Below are positions 48,632 through 57,400 of a stretch of DNA of 64,000 nucleotides, piece after piece. Position numbers and translations under genes: made by a program. The stretch's first letter is position 1. Each line of letters starts with the position of its first letter. The notes below the pieces were generated by a model that ran no database searches, was not told where the DNA came from, and saw nothing but the letters and a program-made list of their open reading frames with translations. The DNA is from a virus (lineage: Duplodnaviria; Heunggongvirae; Uroviricota; Caudoviricetes). Location: the IMG/VR virus record IMGVR_UViG_3300028422_000701, one strand, 5' to 3'.

Positions 48632-48869
48632 ATAATGGCGCACGATTTCTACACTGGAATACGTGCCTAAGTGTTCGTATCAACTGCTTACCTATAAAAC
48701 TTCGAATTAATACAGGTGCCTTCAACGTAGTATAACTGGTACTAACCCTTGAGGCTTATACAACCCAATCTATATTTGCGTAGTATAGAAACGACTTCCT
48801 ATGGTTCACCGGAAGTTAGGTTACTCTATTTCATACTAAATATACCACTATTTAGTAAAATATTTTTAA

Positions 48870-48946
48870 TGGCGGTTCGTACGGGAGTCGAACCCGTTTG
48901 CTAACTCGCTGACAACGAGGTGTCCTAACCATTAGACCTACGAACC
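48870..48946 (-). tRNA. tRNA-Asp(GUC)
   Basis: acceptor GGTTCGT/ACGAACC; loop TTGTCAG. Confidence 0.7.
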
Positions 48947-49343
48947 ATTAAAGGGCTGGAAGATGAGGAATCGAACCCCAAGCAAATCTTTATTATACTA
49001 TATATTTACTGCAGTACTATATAGTTTTTATTATATTCAAACACTTTCTAAAGCTGACGCTATCCATTTGTCTTATCTTCCAATATAAAAATGGTGAGGG
49101 GTATAAAGGAGTCGAACCTTTATTTACACCGTACATAGCCAACCCGTCAGTTGGAATTGTTACCACAAGGCAACAACCTTCCCCGTCAACCCCATATAAG
49201 TGGCACACAGTGTAAGAATCGAACTTACCCAGTCGGTTTTGGAGACCAACTCGCCATCCTTGGAACATTCCCATGCATATAAATATATCGTAACCCCGTG
49301 TTTTAATTGCTTTCTGCACACGATACTGACCAGCAATAATAAA

Positions 49344-49431
49344 TGGTGCTCCCCGCGAGACTCGAACTCGCACGCCCACAACGGGCATAGGATTTTAAGT
49401 CCTACGTGTCTACCAATTCCACCAGGAGAGC
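49344..49431 (-). tRNA. tRNA-Leu(UAA)
   Basis: acceptor GCTCTCC/GGGGAGC; loop CTTAAAA; long variable arm. Confidence 0.7.
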
Positions 49432-49604
49432 ATGAAGACTTTTTTACACTACTAGGTAAAGTCAAACCCCGTATGTTTTGGATCCACGACCTGCTTATGT
49501 AAACATACAAACAATATTAACTTGCTGGCGAACTTTTACTAGTTAACAAATAAAAGCTGGTTCAGAACTTTTAGTACGGTATTTTCTCACCGTTAATTTT
49601 TATA

Positions 49605-49680
<76 letters not shown>

Positions 49681-49691
49681 AAGTTAGGTAA

Positions 49692-49982
49692 TTACTTACC
49701 TAAGTGTTGATCAAGTTTGTTTGCTATTTCTTGTAATTTTGGCATTATTTTTAAATATTTACGTGCATTAAATGTTGCAAATACATAAATACCTTTATCT
49801 ATTAAATTACAATAATATACGTTACCCATATTTACCATATCAGACATACTTGAAGTGTCATATAAATCATATCTGTCTATAACTCCACGTTCAACTTTCG
49901 ATATTAGGAACATTGCATCCATATATTGTTTAGCATCGGGCATATTATCAAACCTTTTAATTAAGGTTAACCATTTTGCCAT
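49692..49982 (-). CDS. hypothetical protein embedded in the tRNA array
   Basis: 96-aa ORF with RBS aggagg. Confidence 0.4.
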   Translation of the reverse strand: MAKWLTLIKRFDNMPDAKQYMDAMFLISKVERGVIDRYDLYDTSSMSDMVNMGNVYYCNLIDKGIYVFATFNARKYLKIMPKLQEIANKLDQHLGK

Positions 49983-50055
49983 AAATACCTCCTTATTACC
50001 CCTATTAAGAAACTACGGTAGGTTAGTTTCTTAATACGAGTAACAAAATAATAAA

Positions 50056-50131
50056 TGGTGGACAGACTTGGTATCGAACCAAGATCCGAGGATTTTCAGT
50101 CCCCTGCATAGACCATCTTTGCTATCTGTCC
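50056..50131 (-). tRNA. tRNA-Phe(GAA)
   Basis: acceptor GGACAGA/TCTGTCC; loop CTGAAAA. Confidence 0.7.
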
Positions 50132-50205
50132 AAATATAAGTTGTTTAATTAACTTATACATATATTATAACATACAACGTACTAAAAGTAAATATTAAAG
50201 TATGA

Positions 50206-50742
50206 TTATTTATGTTTATTCTTTATATAACATTTACCACAAGCTGGAACATATTCATTATTACCAACTAATACCTTACCTTTTATATCATTACCTCTGT
50301 AAAGGGTAAATTTGGCAGGTTTATTACAGTAATAACAAGTTGCGTCATAAAACGTTATCTCGTCGGCTACTGCCATAATATTAGGCATTATACCAAATGG
50401 TTCTAATTCACTTGTCATTGCTAAACCTGAAATATAAAAGTCTTTGTCTTCATATAAAGACATATCAGTAATACTTTTTACATCCCCAGTTAAAAATTGA
50501 AACTCATCAATAAATATAGTTGTAACATTAGGTTTAAGTGTTTCTTTTAATTCTTTTAAATCCTCTATTAAAGTAGCTCTTAGTTCAGTAGTATTATTTC
50601 TACTTTTAATAATACCATAATCCCTATTGTCAACTTTTGGTTTATAACATTGTATAATATCTTTATTCCACATATTGTTATATACGTTAAGTAAACCGTT
50701 AGTTTTACCACTAAACATAGGTCCTGTGTAAACTCGTATCAT
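50206..50742 (-). CDS. tdk: thymidine kinase
   Basis: GPMFSGKT Walker A, C-terminal zinc ribbon CYYC...CGKC. Confidence 0.8.
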   Translation of the reverse strand: MIRVYTGPMFSGKTNGLLNVYNNMWNKDIIQCYKPKVDNRDYGIIKSRNNTTELRATLIEDLKELKETLKPNVTTIFIDEFQFLTGDVKSITDMSLYEDKDFYISGLAMTSELEPFGIMPNIMAVADEITFYDATCYYCNKPAKFTLYRGNDIKGKVLVGNNEYVPACGKCYIKNKHK

Positions 50743-50764
50743 GTATTTCCTCCTAATATATAAA

Positions 50765-50850
50765 TGGTGCCGCCTCTAGGTAACGATCCTAGCGAGCCTC
50801 ACGACAACTGCTTTACAGGCAGCCCCCTCTCCTTATGGGAATACGACGGC
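50765..50850 (-). tRNA. tRNA-Tyr(GUA)
   Basis: loop CTGTAAA, long variable arm, non-canonical T-loop ATCGTTA. Confidence 0.55.
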
Positions 50851-50858
50851 AAATATAA

Positions 50859-50934
50859 TGGCGCCTGATACAGGACTCGAACCTGTGACAATCCGGTTAA
50901 CAGCCGGGCGCTCTACCAACTGAGCTAATCAGGC
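50859..50934 (-). tRNA. tRNA-Asn(GUU)
   Basis: acceptor GCCTGAT/ATCAGGC; loop CTGTTAA. Confidence 0.7.
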
Positions 50935-50936
50935 AT

Positions 50937-51012
50937 TGGTACTCCGTGCGGGATTTGAACCCGCAATTACCACCTTGAAAGGGTGGTGGCTTAACCGTTC
51001 GCCTAACGGAGC
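50937..51012 (-). tRNA. tRNA-Glu(UUC)
   Basis: acceptor GCTCCGT/ACGGAGT; loop CTTTCAA. Confidence 0.7.
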
Positions 51013-51017
51013 AATTA

Positions 51018-51094
51018 TGGTACACCCTGTAAGACTCGAACTTACGACCTTCTGCTTGTAGAACAGATGCGCTAACCAACTGTGCTAAGGGTGC
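51018..51094 (-). tRNA. tRNA-Val(UAC) with unusual C33
   Basis: acceptor GCACCCT/AGGGTGT; loop TCTACAA. Confidence 0.5.
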
Positions 51095-51205
51095 ATGACG
51101 TGGCTTCTTTATTTGTGTACCTTTATTACAGGGTATTCGATGTACCCACCTGAAGCCGATCCCCACTTCATCTAGTTTATGTACGGGGGATTTATTTTTA
51201 ATTTA

Positions 51206-51282
51206 TGGTGTATCTGAAGGGACTCGAACCCATAATCTTTTGGTTCGTAGCCAAGTGCTTTATCCAGTTAAGCTACAGATAC
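51206..51282 (-). tRNA. tRNA-Arg(ACG)
   Basis: acceptor GTATCTG/CAGATAC; loop CTACGAA. Confidence 0.6.
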
Positions 51283-51285
51283 ATA

Positions 51286-51399
51286 TTAACCACGTTTTTT
51301 CTTTTTATTAGTTTTACCTTTACTAGTAGTAGTTGCTATTTTAGCAAAGTGTGCACTAAACTTTTCTTGTTTGTGTTTACTACCTTTTCCTTTTGCCAT
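51286..51399 (-). CDS. 37-aa lysine-rich small protein
   Basis: MAKGKGSKHKQEKFSAHFAKIATTTSKGKTNKKKKRG; RBS aaggagtga 9 nt upstream. Confidence 0.3.
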   Translation of the reverse strand: MAKGKGSKHKQEKFSAHFAKIATTTSKGKTNKKKKRG

Positions 51400-51423
51400 A
51401 TTAATCACTCCTTAATTATATAA

Positions 51424-51500
51424 TGGTGCGCCACCGAAGACTCGAACTTCGGACCTCTCACGTATCAGGCGAGTACTCTAACCAACTGAGTTAATGGCGC
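51424..51500 (-). tRNA. tRNA-Ile(GAU)
   Basis: acceptor GCGCCAT/GTGGCGC; loop CTGATAC. Confidence 0.7.
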
Positions 51501-51503
51501 AAG

Positions 51504-51578
51504 TGGTGCATCCAGAAAGATTCGAACTTTCAACCTCTACATTAAAAGTGTATTATTCTACCATTGAATTATGGATGC
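51504..51578 (-). tRNA. tRNA-Lys(UUU)
   Basis: acceptor GCATCCA/TGGATGC; loop CTTTTAA. Confidence 0.6.
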
Positions 51579-51579
51579 G

Positions 51580-51747
51580 TTATGTATCTTGTGCACCCTT
51601 ATACTTTCGTTTTCTAGGTATTAGATACTTTAATGACTTATGTACTTTACCACCCTTCATGACTTGTTCTTGATGCCATAAATTGGGTAACTTAGCATAA
51701 TCTATTTTGTTTGTAGGTAATTTTATAACTTGTTTTTTCTTACTCAT
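51580..51747 (-). CDS. 55-aa basic small protein
   Basis: MSKKKQVIKLPTNKIDYAKLPNLWHQEQVMKGGKVHKSLKYLIPRKRKYKGAQDT; RBS agaggtga; ends 2 nt before tRNA-Lys. Confidence 0.3.
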   Translation of the reverse strand: MSKKKQVIKLPTNKIDYAKLPNLWHQEQVMKGGKVHKSLKYLIPRKRKYKGAQDT

Positions 51748-51770
51748 TTTAATCACCTCTTATATATTTA

Positions 51771-51846
51771 TGGTGGAGAATAAGGGACTCGAACCCTTGA
51801 CCTACTGCGTGCAAGGCAGTTGTTCTACCAGCTGAACTAATTCCCC
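51771..51846 (-). tRNA. tRNA-Ala(UGC)
   Basis: acceptor GGGGAAT/ATTCTCC; loop CTTGCAC. Confidence 0.7.
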
Positions 51847-51850
51847 ATAA

Positions 51851-51928
51851 TGGTCGGGATAGAGGGATTCGAACCCCCAACGCCTCCGCTCCAAACGGAG
51901 AGTTCTACCAAATTGAATCTACATCCCG
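51851..51928 (-). tRNA. tRNA-Pro(UGG)
   Basis: acceptor CGGGATG/TATCCCG; loop TTTGGAG. Confidence 0.7.
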
Positions 51929-51952
51929 ATATAGTTAGTTAAATAAAATATG

Positions 51953-52234
51953 CTATCTTATTCTTTCTATTGTTTGACCTTGGTTGTTTAATAAAAATAC
52001 TCCTGCATACAAACTTGGTCTACTTTCTTTGTCTAATATTTTAAGTTCTACTTCTTCATCAGTTGGTATTCTATTTAATGGTAATGTATATAATAATTCC
52101 TTACTTCTATACATATTTATAAAATCCCTATTTGACGCATCTGTAAATGTGTTTACATTATCTATATCGGCATATATGTGCTTATGTCCATCTATAGACA
52201 ATCCTTTACTATATTCAACTAATTCTACTATCAT
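51953..52234 (-). CDS. hypothetical protein embedded in the tRNA array
   Basis: 93-aa ORF. Confidence 0.35.
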   Translation of the reverse strand: MIVELVEYSKGLSIDGHKHIYADIDNVNTFTDASNRDFINMYRSKELLYTLPLNRIPTDEEVELKILDKESRPSLYAGVFLLNNQGQTIERIR

Positions 52235-52280
52235 TCTATCTTATCTCTTTTCTATCTAACTATCTATCTAACTAACTATT

Positions 52281-52357
52281 TGGTGCCAGTAACAGGACTT
52301 GAACCTATAATCCCACGGGTATGAACCGTGTGCATTAACCATTTGTGCTATACTGGC
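52281..52357 (-). tRNA. tRNA-Met(CAU) elongator-type (or Ile2 if lysidinylated)
   Basis: acceptor GCCAGTA/TACTGGC; arm CACGG-TTCATAC-CCGTG. Confidence 0.65.
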
Positions 52358-52360
52358 ATT

Positions 52361-52434
52361 TGGTTGCAGTTGCTAGGATTCCAACCTAGTATCTTCCTAT
52401 AACGAGGCGTGCGTGCATCACACTCTCAACTACA
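52361..52434 (-). tRNA. tRNA-like gene, anticodon unresolved
   Basis: T-arm CTAGG-TTGGAAT-CCTAG and acceptor TGTAGTT/AACTGCA plus CCA; anticodon arm pairs poorly. Confidence 0.35.
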
Positions 52435-52438
52435 TATA

Positions 52439-52514
<76 letters not shown>

Positions 52515-52521
52515 ATATAAT

Positions 52522-52598
52522 TGGTACTCGTTGATGGACTTGAACCACCGACCGCTCGCGTATAAGGCGTTTACTCTAACCAACTGAGCTAAACGAGC
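52522..52598 (-). tRNA. tRNA with anticodon UAU (Ile-AUA reader?), weak anticodon stem
   Basis: acceptor GCTCGTT/AACGAGT plus CCA; loop CTTATAC. Confidence 0.4.
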
Positions 52599-52671
52599 AA
52601 TTAGCGTACCACTTTGATATAAGGTCCAAAATGTTTCCAACTGTAAACTCCCTATGGGTTACCATAATTTT

Positions 52672-52752
52672 TGAACTGGGGAGGACTCGAACCTCCATAC
52701 CCAAACTTGTTGTGTTGTACGTACAACGCTTTTCCAATTAAGCTACCTGTTC
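52672..52752 (-). tRNA. degenerate tRNA-like element (no encoded CCA)
   Basis: T-arm GGAGG-TTCGAGT-CCTCC, acceptor GAACAGG/CCAGTTC with one mismatch; 12-nt palindrome TTGTACGTACAA replaces a normal anticodon arm. Confidence 0.3.
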
Positions 52753-52759
52753 ATATAAT

Positions 52760-52832
52760 TGGTGGAGTCATTAGGATTCTAACCTAAATTGAAGGCAACG
52801 CGTGACTTACTTCTAGTAACATACTTTTCCCC
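52760..52832 (-). tRNA. degenerate tRNA-like element
   Basis: T-arm TTAGG-TTAGAAT-CCTAA and TGACTCC-A-CCA 3' end, but the 5' acceptor matches 5 of 7. Confidence 0.3.
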
Positions 52833-52840
52833 ATATAAAT

Positions 52841-52941
52841 TGGTGCGGACGGGAGGGATCGAACCTCCAAACTTGTGTACTTAAAGCCTGCCTTAAAAGT
52901 CATGAACAATTAAGGGTGTATACCCATTTCACCACGACCGC
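52841..52941 (-). tRNA. long (about 100 nt) tRNA-like element
   Basis: T-arm GGAGG-TTCGATC-CCTCC, acceptor GCGGTCG/CGTCCGC (1 mismatch), CCA encoded; anticodon region does not resolve. Confidence 0.3.
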
Positions 52942-53394
52942 ATTTTGTGTTACCTCACTTGTTTTTTAAAAGGTTATAGAGTAACTATTTACTGTTATTT
53001 CCCTTTAGTACCTTATAGGCACTGTACTAAATAATACATTAAAGTTTTAAATTAATCATTACGCTTAGATTAATTCTTTGCGTTATGGCAGGTATCTCCA
53101 TTTGTATTTATCAGCTTAACAAATAAAATAAAAATAACTTTTACCCGCTGTATTTTTATATTTTATTTAGTACACTAACTACAAGAGTTAATGTGTATAG
53201 TAATGCCTCGGACTCATTACTAAATTTCCTACACTAAGGTATTACCTTAGACCGAGTAGCATATTGTAGAGTTATTAACTCCTTTGTAAGATGTAAACAT
53301 ATTGCAATGTTTTATGTTTTTAGTCAGCTGTTTTACAAATATTAAACATAAACTCATACATCTTACAAAGCAAAGAACAATTTTATTTGCTCTT

Positions 53395-53454
53395 GGCGGG
53401 GCAGTAGGATTTTACCTACCGTTAGTATTACTACTAACACCTTTGTCCCCCGCC
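53395..53454. ncRNA. 60-nt three-helix tRNA-like structured element
   Basis: GGCGGGG ... CCCCGCC outer helix enclosing GTAGG-ATTTTA-CCTAC and GTTAGTA-TTAC-TACTAAC hairpins. Confidence 0.3.
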
Positions 53455-53587
53455 AGCAACAAACAAATGTTGCCCCTAGTTTACAGGTTATACGCTTCCT
53501 CTGTTGTAGCTCATTCTGCGTTAACCATAATTTCGGTCGATACTTTGCTACAAGGGTTTACCAGCATCTTTCCCTTAATTTTTAATA

Positions 53588-53677
53588 TGGCGCCAGGAGA
53601 GGGATTCGAACCCGCAGTACGCTTTCACGTACACTGGTTTTCAAGACCAGCTCTTTCACCAATTCAGACATCCTGGC
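53588..53677 (-). tRNA. tRNA-Ser(UGA)
   Basis: acceptor GCCAGGA/TCCTGGC; loop CTTGAAA; long variable arm. Confidence 0.7.
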
Positions 53678-53841
53678 ATCTCTTCGCCAAGGAACCTTTG
53701 TAAGTCACGTTTTTGTCTTGTTCTTACATAGCCACTTCCCATATTACGCTCACGTTTTCTATTTTTTGTATTTCTTCCGTGACCAAAGGCTGAGTAACAA
53801 CCAAGTACTTTTTTAACGTAACTATTTTTTGTTTTCATGTA
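53656..53841 (-). CDS. 61-aa basic small protein
   Basis: MKTKNSYVKKVLGCYSAFGHGRNTKNRKRERNMGSGYVRTRQKRD...; perfect RBS aaaggagg; 3' end overlaps tRNA-Ser by 22 nt. Confidence 0.3.
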   Translation of the reverse strand, partial: YMKTKNSYVKKVLGCYSAFGHGRNTKNRKRERNMGSGYVRTRQKRDLQRFLGEEMPGCLNW

Positions 53842-53880
53842 AATTACCTCCTTTAGAAGATAATCACACCCTTTCGTTAT

Positions 53881-53955
53881 TGGTTGGAAAGGTGGGAATC
53901 GAACCCACATGCTTAGATTCACAATCTAATACGTTAACCATTACGTCACTAACCA
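53881..53955 (-). tRNA. tRNA with GUG anticodon (His?) and imperfect acceptor stem
   Basis: arm TTAGA-TTGTGAA-TCTAA; T-arm GTGGG-TTCGATT-CCCAC; acceptor TGGTTAG/CTTTCCA has two U-U mismatches; no G-1:C73. Confidence 0.4.
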
Positions 53956-54121
53956 CATATTGGAGTCAGGTTTATTTCTGCACTTGGAAAACCCTTCACG
54001 AAAACCATCCAAAAATTTTTACATAAAGCTCAACGCCCTATATTGCGATTTAACCGAATCGACATCAGTACTTTATAATTTATTAAATCTTTGTATCTTC
54101 AATGGAATAATGAGTTCCACT

Positions 54122-54197
54122 TGTTGTTAATTGGAGAAAGTGATGGGATTCGAACCCACGTAATCTGCTTGGAAGGCAGATAGACTAGACCACTGTC
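54122..54197 (-). tRNA. tRNA-Gly(UCC)
   Basis: acceptor GAGAGTG/CACTTTC; loop CTTCCAA. Confidence 0.7.
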
Positions 54198-54289
54198 CTA
54201 CACTCTCAAGTTACCTTATACATACAGGTCGGTATATATAAGGTTGTATTCCTATGGAATTTCGTTTGTTAATTTAACTTAACAAATTA

Positions 54290-54318
54290 ATTATAACACA
54301 TTCTATTATGAATGTCAA
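54290..54318 (-). promoter_or_regulatory. promoter TTGACA-N17-TGnTATAAT (minus strand) driving the tRNA array
   Basis: minus-strand TTGACA (plus 54313-54318), TATAAT (plus 54290-54295), 17-nt spacer, TG extension; aaagtgtgaaaa motif upstream as at 48090. Confidence 0.55.
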
Positions 54319-54426
54319 TAGTAAAGTGTGAAAAAGTTTAATTTGTGGGTTTAAACTTTTTCAATGAGGGAGTAATAATATGGTGTACGACTTTTTTGGT
54401 AAGGTCATTCGTCAGGACCGTGTATA

Positions 54427-57400
54427 TTATAATAAGGATGTAACGCTAGCGTTTTTAAGTTTATACTTAATTCCGTCGTATACAGTATAATTTAATGTTC
54501 CTAAGGTTAATTGTACAGTACCACTATTACTAGGGAAATAACGTTCAGTAATTTGTATAACTCTATAATTAGCAATTACACCTATTTCTTCTAATTTAAC
54601 CGTTATAATGTCACCTAAATAAAATGTTTTGTCTACCATACTTTCTAACTTAGAAGCTGGAACTGTAACTTCAATTGAAGTAGTTTGGTTTAAACTTTCA
54701 ATTTCTGCTTCGGTTGTTGAAATAACAGAATTAAGTGAAGATTGGTTACGACAATCTTTATAACCTAATTTACTGTTTACCCCGTAAGCATTTTTATTTC
54801 CACCAAAATAAATAGTTCTAGCTGATCCTTGTCCTTGACCTGCACTTATTAATTGATTAATTGTACTTAAAGTGTCTTCTGTATTTGTAACCCCAGTAAT
54901 ATCACCTGTACTAAAATTAAGTACAACAGGGTTATTAATTTGTTGGTTTAAACTTCTATTTACCCCTTTTACAATCATACAAGTATTTGGCATAATAGTA
55001 CGTGTATTATAAATGTTAATACCTTTTTTTAAATTATAAACATCGGTGTATAATAACCAACTATAATCAGTTCCTGAACATAATTCAAATAGTGAAGTAC
55101 TTAATACTTTAAATCTAAAACTATTACTTACTAGTGGTCCTTCCCAAGATGTTGAATCAAATAAAGTACCAAAGTTTACATTACCCATACTCCAAGACAT
55201 AGGTATATTTTGTTGTGGGATAATTTGGTTGTTTGATCTAGTTTTATATATTAAATCAAATATAGCATAAGTTACTGGAACATTTGTATAAATAATTGAA
55301 GAATCACTTGTACCATCTGTGTCTCCAGTTATTGTTGTGTCTAACACATAATTGTATGCTGGAACAAAAGTACCGTTATTGGCTAAATAATTATCCATAT
55401 AAGTAATGTAACGTTGTAAATCAACACAAGCCGCATCAACTAATGTTTGGGTAGTGTCGTCTGGTGTATCTAACATTGTTGTTTGATATAATAATAATTT
55501 GGTTCTTAAAGTAGTTAAGTTAGTTGTAAAATCAGTTGTTGGTGAGTTACTTATTTTAGCATACTTTATACCATCTTTAAATTTTGTTTGTAAGTCTTCA
55601 AAATCAGTATAAGGGTAAGTTATTTGTCCTGTACTTAATAATGTTCCTCCCGGAGGCACAATAGTAGAAAAACTAAATAAACCTTTAACTTCTATACCCC
55701 TAACACACATATTGTAAACAATATTATCTTCATCTTTTTGTACCTGTAACCTCTTGTATAAGATTATATATTGACGATAATATTTACCCCATGTGTCATT
55801 AATTATAATATCATTTTCGGTATCACCATATATAAAGTTAGTTGTTTTTTGTTCTAACTCTGGTAATAGTATATAATCACCTATGTTTATATTAGATACG
55901 TCTGTTAATTTAGGGTTAAGATTTAATGTCACTGTTCCTATGTCACTCCAAGCTCTACTTAAAGTTATATCAGTGTAATTACGTATAGTTTGTTTTTGAA
56001 CAAAGTCAACTGGAACACCAAGGGAAACAAAAGTACATTTAATAGAATCTTGATTTTTAAACACCCCTCTATTTTCCATAACGAAAGAACTATCATAAGC
56101 TGATTCCCAAGTAGTAAAATGAGGTACGTGATATAAAATAGAACAATTATCTTTGTTTAAAATACTATTATCTTTAATATAAGATACAGCTTCTTGTGCA
56201 ACTTCTTTACATTCAAGTTTAGTTAAATAAGTTAGCCCTATGGCTAAAGTAAATAAAGACCAATCACATAAAGAATCAAATTCAACTGAATTGAATATAA
56301 TAACATTAGGTTTACCATTCCAAGGTGGTAAATAACTACTGTTAGAATAGGTTTCATACCCCGTATATTCTATTTCTCGTTCATTTTGGTCATAAGCAAT
56401 ATAGGTTCCAGGATTTTCAAGTAATGTTTCTTCATCTGTGTTAGGAACCCACGTAAAGGCAAGGGTGTTAACTTCACCAGTTTTAAACCTAGTTTTAAAT
56501 ATGTGAGAAAATTCATAATTTGTACTATAAGAAGAAGTGGAAATATAGTAAAACTGTAAGTCATATATAAATTCACCATCTTGTTGTTGGGTAATGTTTA
56601 TAACTTTAAGGTTATAATTTCCAAAACTACCTATTATAGCTCCTTCAGTTAATTCTTTTTTATTAACCATAAATTTTAAATACATACTATACATATAATG
56701 AGTAAATCCAGACATAGAAATTTGAACTATGTTTACAGTACTTAATTTATTATTAGAACAAGCGTCATTACTGTAAACGTAACCACTATAATCAATATAG
56801 TTTACGTTACTGTTTGTAAGTTGTGATTTACCTATATTGGAATCTAGTTCATAAAATCCTTCCTGTGGTTGTATAGTGTTGTAATAATAACCTTTTAACG
56901 TCATATCGGATAAAATTATACCATCGCTGCTATACGCCAATCTATGTACAATTAAGCTATCAGTAATGTCAGATAAATCTATATCCGTTCCTATTATTGT
57001 TTCAATACCATTTATTACAATGGATAGTTGAACATCTCCATATTTTAATAAAGTCTTTTTAAATTTTATATTATAACCACTCATATATTCTGGCGCATAT
57101 AAACTACTTGATTCTACATAATTATTAAAATATGGTAAAGGTATTAAATGTTGTGTTGTATTGTCTAAGTAGTTACTTTGGTATAATAAGTAAAACTTAT
57201 TATTTGTATATATAATATTAGCAAATTGCGTACCTTGTTGAAATAAGTTAGTATTATAACAATAGTTATGTGTACAATCATAATTTACAATGGTTGTATA
57301 GTCACTTGTATTTTCATTATAACCTAATATTTTAAATGAGCTTAGTACACCACTTAAATAGGTTTTTGTATCACTATTTAATGTACCTATATAATTATAT

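Noticed and set aside
49017-49510. ORF-track frames 49017-49388(-), 49160-49510(-), 49200-49502(+), and also 50897-51166, 51205-51423, 53302-53703, 53829-54026 and the upstream part of 53656-53922
   Set aside because: They run straight through tRNA genes or tRNA-like elements and have no RBS. Only the short basic ORFs with RBSs inside some of them were kept.
49432-49604. Possible additional tRNA between tRNA-Leu(UAA) and tRNA-Thr
   Set aside because: Contains ggatccacgacc and other T-loop-like bits, but no cloverleaf could be folded with any acceptor pairing.
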